Positions 51,223 through 63,817 of a stretch of 64,000 bases of DNA are shown here, piece by piece. Both the position numbers and the translations under genes were made by a program. Every line of letters starts with the position of its first letter. Within the stretch, counting starts at the first letter, position 1. Source of the stretch: Octopus sinensis (taxonomy: Eukaryota); contig NC_043008.1 of the NCBI RefSeq assembly GCF_006345805.1, forward strand, positions 66,340,001-66,404,000, read 5' to 3'. Below the pieces are notes generated by a model. That model was given only the letters and a program-made list of their open reading frames with translations. It was not told the DNA's origin and searched no databases.

Positions 51223-51806
51223 TAATAACAGACCATGTTTCTATCAACCAAATTACACTCAATTGAACAACCTGAGGCTACTATGGAAGACACTTGCCCT
51301 TGGTTGTGCATCATGAGATTGAACCAGGAACCATGTGGTTCTGAAGTAAACTTTATAACAATGTAATTCTGTGCTTTTCCCTATCCAACTTTATCATAGT
51401 AACATTGATATTTCCATACTTGCATAGGTTGGTTGGAGTTTATTCAGGCAGATTTTCCATGGCCAGTTGCCATTCCTGTCATCCATATTCACCTATTTCC
51501 AAGAAATATGTTCCTTGTGCATATCCTCCTGTTGTGTGTTATTATTAGTTTTATTGTTCATTTGTTTGAATTGTATAAGAAAAAGAGATGACTAAGGAAT
51601 AAACAATTACCTTATGAAATTCATTGGCTTACAGCTGTTTCCACTATAAGATGTGGTGAACCCAGAGAAATATATAGTGAACAGCATTAGAGCAGTTTAG
51701 CTCTTATTTCTAGCAATGTAGATGTTTTCTAACACCCTAGTCATATTTAGTGACAATTATTATTCTTTTTTGGTGAAACATTGCAAACTGCTGTTTATAT
51801 TAATAT

Positions 51807-51845
<39 letters not shown>

Positions 51846-52530
51846 GGCTTCTTTCAGTTTCTGCTTACCTAATTCACTCACAAGATTTTGGTCAGCATGG
51901 AGTTATAGTGAACAGACAGTGCCTAAGAGTTCACTCTGTGGGATTGAACCCCAAAAATATGTGGTTTGGAAGCAATCTCCTTAACCATACATCCATGCCT
52001 ACACTTATCCCTATAAAACAAAAAAAAAGATCAATAAATCTACATGGATGGTCTTGGGCTGGAATACATTTTAATCATAGATCTGTTCGGTCAGAGTTAC
52101 TGACTTAGAGCGTGTTTGAACTTGTGACAGTTTTATTCATCCCTTAACTGTCAACCCATCACATTCCTACAGTTTTACATTGAAAATCATTCTAGAAGAT
52201 ATACGAGATCTATTGAGTGGGCAATCAGTATAATCTAAACTAATCTCTCTTTAATCCTCATTAATCCATTTGTTGTAGTTATTTCATTACTAATTAGGAA
52301 TAATTATCTACTCCAAATCTAATCCATTTCCCAGTTTGATGTTTTTATCAACTCATTCCCTCCACCTCCCTAGTTTTTTTTTTTGTATTTTCTCTTGTTG
52401 TTCTGCAGTTGATGCACTGTTATTTTTTGCAGCAATTGTCATTGAGCCCAAGGCTACGCCTGACTGAGCAGACTTGCAGCCAAAAGTGTTCAAACCGTGA
52501 CCTCCAATCTTTTCCACAACTCTTTCAGTA

Positions 52531-52935
52531 TATCTCTTTTACTCTTTTACTTGTTTCAGTCATTTGACTGTGGCCATGCTGGAGCACCGCCTTTAATCGA
52601 GCAACTCGACCCCGGGACTTATTCTTTTGTAAGCCCAGTACTTATTCTATCGGTATCTTTTGCCGAACTGCTAAGTAACGGGGGATGTAAACACACCAGC
52701 ATCGGTTGTCAAGCAATGCTAGGGGGACAAACACAGACACACAAACACACACATACATATACATATATGTACATATATACGACAGGCTTCTTTCAGTTTC
52801 CGTCTACCAAATCCACTCACAAGGCATTGGTCGGCCTGGGGCTATAGCAGAAGACACTTGCCCAAGATGCCACACAGTGGGACTGAACCTGGAACCATGT
52901 GGTTGGTTAGCAAGCTACTTACCACACAGCCACTC
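52531..52935 (-). mobile_element. Young SINE family A
   Basis: Near-identical reverse complement of 56795-57170. Confidence 0.93.
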
Positions 52936-53551
52936 CTGCACCTCACTTTTCCTTTCTATAATTTTCTAAAATGATTGAGTGTGTGATTTGAGAGAGATTT
53001 TGTTGCTTTTTCTGGAAGGCCAAAATAATCAGATAGATAAATGCTCCTTGATATTCTAGTTGTTATCTCAACAGCTTGTTGACATGGTTACTGTTCCTTT
53101 TTCTTCATTTTCTTTACAATTTCTGTTGTCAGAAATATATAAAAGATGTCAGCTATTATTAAGTCTTTTCTTTTGCTCATCTCAAAACCACACTATACAA
53201 GACTCCATATGAAGACACTTTGTACACTATCAACACATTACACTAACCATTCTCACCTTTGTCTTCTTTCTACACGTGTAAATATCACTTTTACTTCCTC
53301 TAGGTATTGATAATATCACTCTTAAGTCTTTGACACATCTAATGATATCACTTCTACATTCTCTTTATATCTGATATTACTCATATACTTCTGCATATCT
53401 GATATCACCTCTGTTTTCTCTTTAGTTTATGTTTGATATTGCTTTTATATCCTTTTTGTATCTGTTAACATTTCTAAATCCTCTACATATAATTTGTTTG
53501 GCTCATTGTCTCTATAAGTAAACATCTCCCTATTCTTCACCACCATGGTGA

Positions 53552-53589
<38 letters not shown>

Positions 53590-53934
53590 CACAAAATGGG
53601 ACAAGAACACAAAACATCCAGGCGGTTAGGTGATACAAGAAAGGGACAACAAATCATCCAGAATGACAATACAAAGAAAACAAGGACGGATCATTCGGAG
53701 TTTTCTTTCCTCATTCAAGTTCCAGATTATCTTTGCAATTTCGGTTGGTTATACTTGAGATTGCTCCAATCTGGCCAGCCCCAAGGAGAAACTAAGCTAA
53801 GAGCATTAGATTCCTTGGAAGAAAGCGAATGTATACGAAAACAAGGATGGGGAAAAAATGGAGAAAGTTACACAAATATAAATAACAGGACATAACAACA
53901 GGTGTCTTTCGACTAGACCCATTCACAGCAGAAC

Positions 53935-54110
53935 TGATACCAGTGCTAGTGCCACATAAAAAGCATCCAGTACTACACTCTGTGAAATGGTTGGTATTAG
54001 GAAAGGAAGCCAGCCATAGAAATCATACTAGAACAGACAATGGAACCTGATGTGGTCCCTGGCTTTAGTAGTTCTGGTCAAACCATCCAACTCATGCCAG
54101 CATGGAAAAA
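53935..54110 (+). mobile_element. Family C (RTE-tail) copy, decayed
   Basis: gccacataaaaagca...ggttggtattaggaaagg...ccatccaactcatgccagcatggaaa. Confidence 0.75.
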
Positions 54111-55328
54111 AGATATAACCATATATATATGTGACTGTTTCTCTTTCTCCTAGTTGCTATAAAAGAATATGCTCCTTTTTATAGAAATAAATATCCGTCA
54201 AATGTAAATACACCCCTGTTTGCTGCCTCTTTTACTAGATATACCCCTGTTCCCCACTCTAAGTATTTACATATATATGTGTGTGTATATATAAATATAT
54301 ATAAATATGATTGTGTGTATGTATAAATGCATATATGTATGTGTATATATGTATATGTATCTGTTTCTTTTCCTTAAGCAAATAGATATTTGTCCTGCTT
54401 TTCATAGAAGTAAAAAAAAAAAAAACACGAAGAAACTACCCAACCTACAGTGCTAAGTCATTTCTAATAAATTAATCACTCCATCACTGGTTTTTGCCTC
54501 AATTATTCCAACTAGAAAGGCTTGGTTACTAATGGTCTGTCTACATAGACAGGGATTGGTCAGATACTTTAAGCAAACGGGGAATATAGTCAATGTGCAG
54601 CAAGAATTAGAAGTTAGGGACATATTTTTTTTACTGCTTATCTGACAAGAAACAGTCAGTACCCTGTCCCTTTTTTATAAGAAGGAAAAAAGCAAAAGAA
54701 ATCTAGCTTTGACTAACTTCTATTTTAATAACAAGAATGGTATTTGGGGCTGGAATTAGAGCTTATGAGGATGACTTATCTGTAAATATTGCATAGCAGT
54801 TGTTTGAAACTAGTGAAACTGTTTTCATACAAACACACACACATACATACAAATGAACTTCTTTCAGTTTTCTTTTACCAAATCCACTCACAAGGTTTTG
54901 ATCATTCTGGGGCTATAATAAAAGACACTTGTCCCAGGTGCTGTGTCATGGAACTGAACCCAAGGCTGCATGGTTGGGAAGCAAGCTTCTTAACCACATA
55001 ACCTTGTCTGTAATTTGTACTCTGTTTCACAGTGTCCATATTCTGCACACACACACACACATTTGTGTCTTCTGCATCTCCTTCTTCATCTTACCATTCT
55101 TGCTGGCAAAACTGTTAGCACATAAGAGAAAATTCTGAGCAGCATTTCTTCTACCTCTTTACGCTCTGAGTTCAAATTCTGCTGAGGTCACTTTCTTTTA
55201 CCCTTTTGAGGGTCACTAAAATAAGTACTTGTGAAGTACTTGGGTTGATATAATCAACTTGTCCCCTACCCCAAAATTTCAGGTTTGATGCCTATAGCAG
55301 AAAGATTTATTATTAATATTAACATTAA

Positions 55329-55538
55329 CCCTTTTGTTACCAACCCAGCTGAAACCGGCTCTGTTTCTGTCTCATTTTCATAAGTTTTGAATTAAAATCT
55401 TCCAGCAAACCTTAGTCACAATTTATGTTCCTAACACTAGCTTAATGATAACAAAATTATTTTACTAAATTCTTTGTTATATTTAAAACAATTGGAAGAA
55501 ACACAGAGCATCTCAACAGAAATATGGTAACAAAAGGG
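55329..55538. mobile_element. Second TTAA-flanked piggyBac-like MITE family
   Basis: TTAA, CCCTTTTGTTACC...GGTAACAAAAGGG, TTAA: perfect 13-bp TIRs. Confidence 0.92.
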
Positions 55539-56794
55539 TTAAAGTGGCCTATTTCTTTTTAATTTATGTTCCAAGCACCAGTTTTATAGTACAAAATTGT
55601 TTTACTAAATTCACAATGTTTTTAGCTGACCAACTTGTTAGTGTCAGAATAATGTTTTGCAGTATTTTATCCTGGCTGTCTACATTCTGAGTTCCAATCC
55701 CACTGAGGCTGACTTTGTCTTTCATCACTCCAGGGTCGATAAAAGAAAGTATCAATAAAATGCCTCTGTTTTTACCGTTTTTGTTTTCTTGACTGATTAA
55801 TTGAGTGAGTGTTTACTCTGGTATCTCAGCTTCAACTAAAACTCTCAGTCCAGTCTTCTTTCTGTGTTTTTTTTTTTTTTGATGAAGTTTTGAAAAGTTT
55901 TTTTTATTTGTTTATATTTTGGTTTTCAAAATTGTGCTCTTTTATTAAGTTAATTGACTATTAAGTATGTAGCCTTGCTCTATTCAACATATCGTTTGTT
56001 GGACATGCTATTTAGTTATTTAAAGGAACTATAATTAGTAACACTGAACAATCAAAACACAATACAAATACCTATACTTACGTAACAAACATATATTTAT
56101 GGCTATATTAGTTATCTGTGGAAATATTCTTTCAAATTCTAACCAAACATGTTCCAAAAATAAACTAAGCATGCAAAGAAAAAAATAATAAAATAAATAA
56201 AATAAAATAGAAATTACTTCATATTCAGTCAAATATTTCTTCTGGTTACAGAGTTGGGTGGAATGAATGAGTGGTGGAATCTGGCAACAAAAAAAAAAAA
56301 AAGAAGAAATTGAGGTTGACATTTTTTAATTATGGAAACAAAAGGGCATTAGATATCATTGTGTACATTGTGTTTCCACTCAGAGTAATGTGTCTAGTAC
56401 TTTACATTGGTTTTGTTACTCATTGTGTTGTCTGAGTATGACTTTAAAATGGCATCTGGTTCTGGGACTTTCTTTCAGGAGTTTTAGCATTTTGAAGAGT
56501 GTGGAACCATCTCTTAGCTGGTATTGTTCCTTGGTCTGCTCTGACCTAGAGCTGTAACACCTGCCAGGATGATTGGCATGTAAATAGTCAGTTGTGAATA
56601 TGAGAATTAAAAGCCCCAGATCAAATTGTAGGTGGCCCCTTGGCAAGGCCTGACACTCGAACTAGGATTAATTTGAAATCATTTGATGCAACATGGTGAG
56701 ATGTGAACCGTTTTGGTGGATGAACTTACTGAGTCAATAGCAAATATAACGAGATACTAAGCAGATGAACTGCTAGCAACAGATGAACAAACAT

Positions 56795-57170
56795 AGGCGT
56801 AGGAGTAGCTGTGTGGTAAGTAGCTTGCTTACAAGCCACACGGTTCCGGGTTCAGTCCCACTGCGTGGAACCTTGGGCAAGTGTCTTCTACTATAGCCTC
56901 GAGCCGACCAAAGCCTTGTGAGTGAGTAGACGGAAACTGAAAGAAGCCCGTCGTATATATGTGTGTGTGTGTATACGTTTGTGTGTCTGTGTTTGTCCCT
57001 CCAACATCACTTGACAACCGATGCTGGTGTGTTTACGTCCCCCATAACTTAGCAGTTCGGCAAAAGATCCCAATAGAATAAGTACTACGCTTACAAAGAA
57101 TAAGTCCTGGGGTCGATTTGCTCGACTAAAGGCGGTGCTCCAGCATGGCCACAGTCAAATGACTGAGTAA
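56795..57170 (+). mobile_element. Young SINE family A
   Basis: aggcgtaggagtagctgtgtggtaagtagc...ggttcagtcccactgcg...ggcggtgctccagcatggcc. Confidence 0.93.
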
Positions 57171-57811
57171 AGACAACTGCAGATAAACAGTCAATGGCAA
57201 ATAAACAGTCAACGGCAGATGAAACCACCAACGGCAGATGAAACTGCCAATGTCCAGGATCAACCAGTTGAGTTAGTGAATTACTACTATCATCTATAGT
57301 CATGGCATGCACAGATGAGATATCAGCTGACTTACCTGGTCTAGGCAAGCTGCCCGACTAGTTGATGATGTTACTTGTAGCATGTCCACTACTTTTTATT
57401 GCTTGTTACTCAGAGTAATACATTCCGTAGTGACACTGTAGAGTTATGTTTCTAATAATTTTCAGTCATTTGTTCATTATATGTTTGTATTTCTATGCTT
57501 ACACACATTGGGCAGAGACCTTAATCGAGGCAGTGTTTTATGGTTGGATGCTCTTCCTGTTGCCAATCCATACCTGTTTTTCCAGTATTTTTTTTTATTC
57601 CACTCAGCATCAAAGCAACAGAGTTTTAGGATGTAATGTTCACTGGCGATGTAAACATGACAACACAGTTCTTAGCTCAAGTGTTGCTTGCAAAGTTGGA
57701 ATGACAACTTCAAGTATATACGTACATATTTATATGTGGAGGTGTGTATTTATCTCCCTCTCCCCCCTCTCTCTGTATGTATTATTATATTTATATTTAT
57801 ACACACACATA

Positions 57812-57915
57812 TGAGGGTATGCTGGAAAGTTCCTTACTTTAAGAAAAAAAAATCCAGAAGGATCAATTAATTATGATTTTTATTTAACATATTCCCCTCT
57901 CAGATTCACACACTG
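57812..57915 (+). mobile_element. Mariner-like TIR fragment
   Basis: TA-tgagggtatgctggaaagttcc resembles the mariner TIR start CGAGGG...GAAAAGTT. Confidence 0.45.
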
Positions 57916-58604
57916 AAAAGGCAGGGGAATCATAACTTGATTGCTTTTGATTATGCCTGCTTATTTGTGGTCAGCCTGGGGTTAAGCAACAATATTCTCA
58001 AATCTTGGTGATATTTATATTTTAATTTTTATATTTTATTTACAAAGTACTCTACATCTGATAATTGACTATACATCTGTTTTGTATAAAACACCCACAC
58101 CACATACATGCTCATGCATACACACATACCAAACCCTCATGTACGCATAAACACACACCACACACACATATCACATACACATGTACACTCCATATGTACA
58201 TGCACGCAGGCACATACACACACACACACACACACATGTATTATGCACACACGCTACGTACCTGTGCATCATACACATATCGCATCCGCACATTCCACGT
58301 ACACATGTATACATACACATACATACAAACACATGCTCGCACATACATATGTGTAAAAACAAGATTAAAATCCAGAATTGAAGGAAACTACTGAGTGTGT
58401 ATGTTGGTAACAATGGTAACGGTAAACCCTGGAGTGTTTAGTGAGTGTAAATGAGTTCAGAGTGTATTAAGAACTCCATAGGATCAGCTAAGCCTGAAGC
58501 AACAGCAGTTTTGCATTCTTCACAAGAGCCAAACTTGCTGGAAGCTAACAAACTTCCATGGATTTTATCATGTAAAAAAACCAACATTGCAAATCATCAT
58601 CATT

Positions 58605-58830
58605 TAGCATCTCTTTCCATGCTAGCATGGGTAAGACAGTTTCACTGGAGCTGGTAAGCCAGGGAGCTGCACTGGGCTCCCATTTATTTTGATCTGGTTT
58701 CTATGACTAGATGCCCTTTCTAACGCTAACCACTCCACAGTGTGTCACCAGCGCAGGTGCTTTTTACACATCACAAGCATGGGTGCCTTTCACATGTCAC
58801 CAGAATAGGTGCTTTTTACCTGTCACTGAC
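58605..58830 (-). mobile_element. Family C (RTE-tail) copy
   Basis: catcatcatttagcatctctttccatgctagcatggg...gatgccctttctaacgctaaccactcc. Confidence 0.75.
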
Positions 58831-60350
58831 ATAGTAAACAACTGACAAGCAGACATTATTATTATTATTAAGGCAGCAAACTGGCAGAATCATTAGCACA
58901 TTGTTGTTGTTGTTGTTGAGCCATAAGTCAACCCTGATCCAGCAGACCTGTAATCAAAGTTATTCCAACCATGACCATCCTGTCATTTTTTCTTTTTGCT
59001 TTGTGTACCAAACACTAAGCTACATTACTCAATATGTTCTTTTCAAGACAATAGAATGTGAATTGAGGGAAATTTGGTGACAGTTTCTAGCATACAAGAA
59101 CTGTTGCAAACATTCAAGACCATACAAGTGCTGTTGCAAACATTCAGGTCAAGTTTTTGGTTTGAGGATACCTCTCTCCTTCCCTCCCACTAATCTCTGA
59201 GGTCCTGTAATAGGTCATGGGTACTGTATTTCTTCTTGGCTAAAAGATAAAAAAAACCCCAAAAAACAACAACAAATGATCATAATCTAGGACACTGTGA
59301 TATATCTCAGTTACAGTAAAAAAAAATATGTATACATCATGATATACACTCCACATAACTATGCCACTCTGCACTATCTTCTGTCATATACCCTCTCCAA
59401 CTCTGCAATATCTCAGGGTTCTGTTCTCTAATATTCCAGTAGATCAAAACAAAAAAAAAAATACTGTTCAGTTTTTGTTTTTGTAAGATCTTTCGTTTTC
59501 TTTTTGTTTCACTTGCTCCCACTGCCTCCGCCCACCTCCCGTTTATCCTGGCAAAACAGTTTATAAAAACTACCTCATAATTCAAACCACATTTTAATTC
59601 ATTAGTTCATGTGACATTTGTCTGCCAGCTCAATAAAAAACAAAAGGGAGAAGAAGAAAAAAACACACAATAACCTTGATGTTTTCTGTACAGAAGCTGA
59701 ACCAGGAGAGAGAGAGAGAGAGAAAGAGACTGACTGACTGACAGACAGACAGATAGACAGCCAGGCAGTATTATCATTGAAGAGGCTTGCCTGATTTCTT
59801 TATCTTTAACTGCATTTCATTCACTCTCTTTCTTGAAATATGAAGCTGTCAGATTTATGAGAGATTAATTCGTAGCATGGGGAAAGGAGAGAGAGAGAGA
59901 GAAAGAGGGAGCTAGGGAGGTACCATAATTTGTAAGTTTTGAGTGACAGCTACTGGTTAGAAATCCAAAAGTGACCTTGTGGTAATGTACAGCCTCATTG
60001 TCCTCTTTTTGGCTCCTTAGCTACATGGTTTCTAAAACCTGGTTTATATCCTAGTAGTAGATCCCTTTTTCTTTCTTCTTTTTTCTTTTTTTTGTTTGGT
60101 TAAATTAAATAGGTACAGGCATGGTTATGTAGTAAGAAGTGTTTACTTCCAAATTGCACAATTCTGAGTTCAATCCCATTGCATGGCACCTTGGGCAAGT
60201 ATCCTCTGCCATAGCCCAAGGCTGACCAAATCCTCGTGTTGGATTTCGTACCTTGGGCAAATGTCTCCTCCTATAGTCCTGGGCCGATCAAAGCCTTGTG
60301 AGTGGATTTGGCTGACAGAAACTGAAAGAACCCTGTTGTCTATACATATA

Positions 60351-60511
60351 CCATATTTTAATGTGTATAAGAAACCTCCTAATTGGGGAGGGGAGCTTAA
60401 AATTTCAAAAAATGGTTTTGTTAGGTGTTATAATACTATCCATGTATAAGAAACTCACATATTTTTTCAACCTTGACAAAAATGGGTTCCTTATACACAT
60501 TAAAAGTCCAG
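60351..60511. mobile_element. pogo/Tigger-like MITE
   Basis: TA-ccatattttaatgtgtataag...cttatacacattaaaagtccag-TA inverted ends. Confidence 0.7.
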
Positions 60512-60807
60512 TAAACTTGTATATTTCATCACAAAGTACCTAAGTTTCAATAAACCAGAATATTTACAAAGTACCATAATGTTTAGTTAAATGCAATGTC
60601 TTATAAAAGCTACTCTGAAATGCTGTGGTTTAGGTTGGTGCAAAATGTTACTAAATTTATTTTGATACTGCTTCAAAGTATGGTGAGGCTGGTTGTGGTC
60701 TGAGGTCAAATGCATGTGTGGAATTATCTGGGTATGGGGTTGGTCAAATGACTGCTCTGGAACAGATTGCGCAAGTGTCTGCAGCATTACATACTGATAA
60801 GTTTTAG

Positions 60808-61435
60808 TAGAGATGGTCGTGGTTGGTGTGAGGATGATTGTGATGAAGATAGTTGTTGTCATCATGGTGGTGATAATTATGATGATGGTGATGGTAATCA
60901 TGAGAAGGTTAGTGGTGGGGATTATGATAGTGATGCCAAACGTGATAGACGGTGGTGGTATAGTGCTCATTGAGCTGATGACGGTAATGGTTGTGATAGT
61001 GTTTGTGATGGAGATGATGCTGTTGGTGCTAGTGGTTGTAATTGAGATGCTCATGGTTGTGGTGGTGCTGGAGATGGTTGTAGTGGTGCTGGTGGTGTTA
61101 GTGATGGTAGCAGTGGTAGTGGTGGTGCTGGTGGTGGTAGTGGTAGTGGTGGTGCTGGTGGTGGTAGTAATGGTAGCAGTGGTAGTGGTGGTGGTAGTGA
61201 TGGTAGCAGTGGTAGTGGTGGTGGTAGTGATGGTAGCAGTGATGGTGGCAGTGGTAGTTGTGGTGCTGGTGGTGGTAGTGATGGTGGCAGTGGTAGTGGT
61301 GGTGCTGGTGGTAGTAGTGATGGTAGCAGTGGTGGTAGTGATGGTAGCAGTGGTAGTGGTGGTGGTGGTAATGGTTGTGTTGGTCATTGTAGCAGTGGTG
61401 ATGGTTGTGGTAATCGTTATGGTAGTGATGATTGC
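60808..61435. repeat. Long degenerate (GTG/GTA/GAT)n trinucleotide repeat
   Basis: Seen directly; it produces the poly-Val, poly-Thr and poly-His ORFs. Confidence 0.95.
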
Positions 61436-61899
61436 ACAGATGCATGGGTTGCTGTTGTTGCCTAGCCCCAGGTCAGCCTTGATTGAGCAGACCTATGATC
61501 AAAGCCATCCCAGCCATAGTCAACCCATCTTTTTTCCTTTGAGTGAAAAACCCAGAACCACATGTAGGATTTTGCAAAGATGACTGAGTGCAATTTGATG
61601 GAGATTATTTGGCTGCTATTTCTAGCATGTCCAGTGTCCATATAGAAGCTCCCTTACTGGGTCGTGCAGACATCGGTAGGCAATAGCAGTGAATGGTTGC
61701 TGTAGTGATATATTGATGATGATGATGATGATTGTGATGGTGTTGCTGCTAACTGCAATGAAGTAACTACTGGTGTTGGTGTCGGGGTTAGTGATGGTGA
61801 TGAGAGAGAGAAAGAGAGCAAGATGTCACTATAACATGCATGCTGTCACCACCACCACTGCCATTATGGCCTTCAGAGACCTGTGTACACCATGGCCTT

Positions 61900-62290
61900 C
61901 ACCACCACTTCATCTAGTCTTCAGCGGTGAGACTTGTACACTACTACCACAACTACCACCACCACCACTGCCACCACCACTCTACCTGTTCTTCATCACT
62001 AAGACTTGTACATTTCTAATACCACCACCAACTGCGAGCTGTACACCAATACTACCACCTCTACCATCACCTACACCACAACCACCACCACCACCACCAC
62101 CACCACTCCACCTGTTCTTCATCACTAAGTCTTGTACATTTCTAACACCACCATCACCATTGCCACCAACTGCGAGCTGTACACCAATGCCACCACCTCT
62201 ACCACCATCACCACCACCACAACAACCACCACCACCCACCACTCCACCTGTTCTACATCAGTGAGACCTGTACTCTGCCACCACCACCAC
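61900..62290. repeat. Composite minisatellite (about 125-135-bp period) of (ACC)n with conserved unique blocks
   Basis: cacctgttct(t)catca recurs at about 61983, 62108 and 62244; ccaactgcgagctgtacaccaat occurs twice. Confidence 0.85.
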
Positions 62291-63659
62291 CATCACCTTC
62301 CTGATACCTTTTGCTCACCTCTGCTGCTGTCATGTGATGCTACTATTACAATGGACTGCAGTAAATACACTGCGTCACTTCCTTCTTGTAGTAGAGATGT
62401 TCGCACTAAAGATGTGGCCACTATCACTCTCCTCCCCTTCCTCTTCCTCATCCTCCACTTCTTCCTCCTCCTCCTCCTCCTCCTCCCTGAATTACCTCTG
62501 TCCCACCCACCTCAACCCATCTGGCTTATCTCTGCAATGTCAACTAAGAAACATGAGTTTATTATTACTACTGTTTATTTTGTTTGTTTTTTTTTTTGTT
62601 ATATACGACACGTGTGATCTCCATGTTTGTGTGCAGATGCAAACGTGCATGCATGTGTACTTGCACACATGCATGCACATGTAAACGTGCATAAAGATAT
62701 ATTCACTGGTATATATATTTTACCATATTCCTGCACACGTGCATATTGCATATACATCCGTGTGTAGTAAAGCAAAGATGCATGTCTGCTTCTATGTATG
62801 TATATAAATACACGTATTTATATATATGCATGGGTATGCATAAATGCATATGCTTAAACAGGTTGTCTTTCAGTTATTAAATGCAAATATACGCATGCAG
62901 TTGTCTGTATAATTGCATACACATGCATATGTCTGTATTTAAATGCACATGTATATACATGTGTGTATATGCAATATAAAGGATGAAACCAGTAATGACA
63001 TTTGTGCATACATATATATATATATACACACATCTATCTATAGATAGATTTATGTATATACATGTGGTTGTACATAGATGTACGTTTGCTTACACATACA
63101 CGTGTGTAAATGTATGCATATATGTACAAATATGGATGCCTCTATGTGTGCGTGCATGTGTGTGTGTGTGTATGCATGCATTTGTCTATATGCATATTTT
63201 TTTGTATACATGCATATTTTTTTGTATACATGCATATTATCTATAAGTATATAAATACATATATACATGCATAAACTCTGTAGATACCATGGAATTTCAA
63301 ATGTATATCTACTGAAAGGAGTATTCCCACTGTATGATAACATTTGGTAGCCAATACCTGTGAATAAGCTTTGTATAGCATGCCAGAAGGTTTTTACCCC
63401 AATTTTATTCAACTACATGCATGTGCATGTGTGTTTATACATTCATATACTGACACTAGGGACATTGCTCTAGCTTGTCTATGGATAATGCCAGTATGCT
63501 GCTGAGGGTCTATGAATTGTTGTGCAAGCCTTATTGGTCTTAAAATTCAATATAAACATTGCCAACTTACTTTTTAGTGGTCAGAAGGTAATAGCAGAAG
63601 CAACTTTAGTGGGTTGGAAACAAATTTGTAACCAAGTTACTGCCCAGCATATAGCAGGT

Positions 63660-63817
63660 TCATGTGGCACGTAAAAAGCACCCACTACACTCACAGAGTG
63701 GTTGGCGTTAGGAAGGGCATCCAGCTGGAGCCTGGTGCAGCCTCCTGGCTTCCCAGACCCCAGTTGAACCGTCCAACCCATGCTAGCATGGAAAACGGAC
63801 ATTAAACGATGATGATG
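63660..63817 (+). mobile_element. Family C (RTE-tail) copy
   Basis: gtggcacgtaaaaagcacccactacac...catgctagcatggaaaacggacattaaacgatgatgatg. Confidence 0.88.

Noticed and set aside
53690-53790. Possible hammerhead in the repeat at 53590-53910 (minus strand atgagga...ctccgaat)
   Set aside because: The core and stems could not be assembled convincingly.
57333-57380. Perfect minus-strand donor CAG|GTAAGT (similar isolated donors at 23979 and 48193)
   Set aside because: No convincing matching acceptor and open frame; such hexamers occur by chance in 64 kb.
60587-61583. 256-266-aa poly-Val and poly-Thr ORFs suggesting a mucin or membrane protein
   Set aside because: They arise from a degenerate trinucleotide repeat that is open on both strands, with no domain or splice support. 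Only the unique end is kept, as a weak finding.
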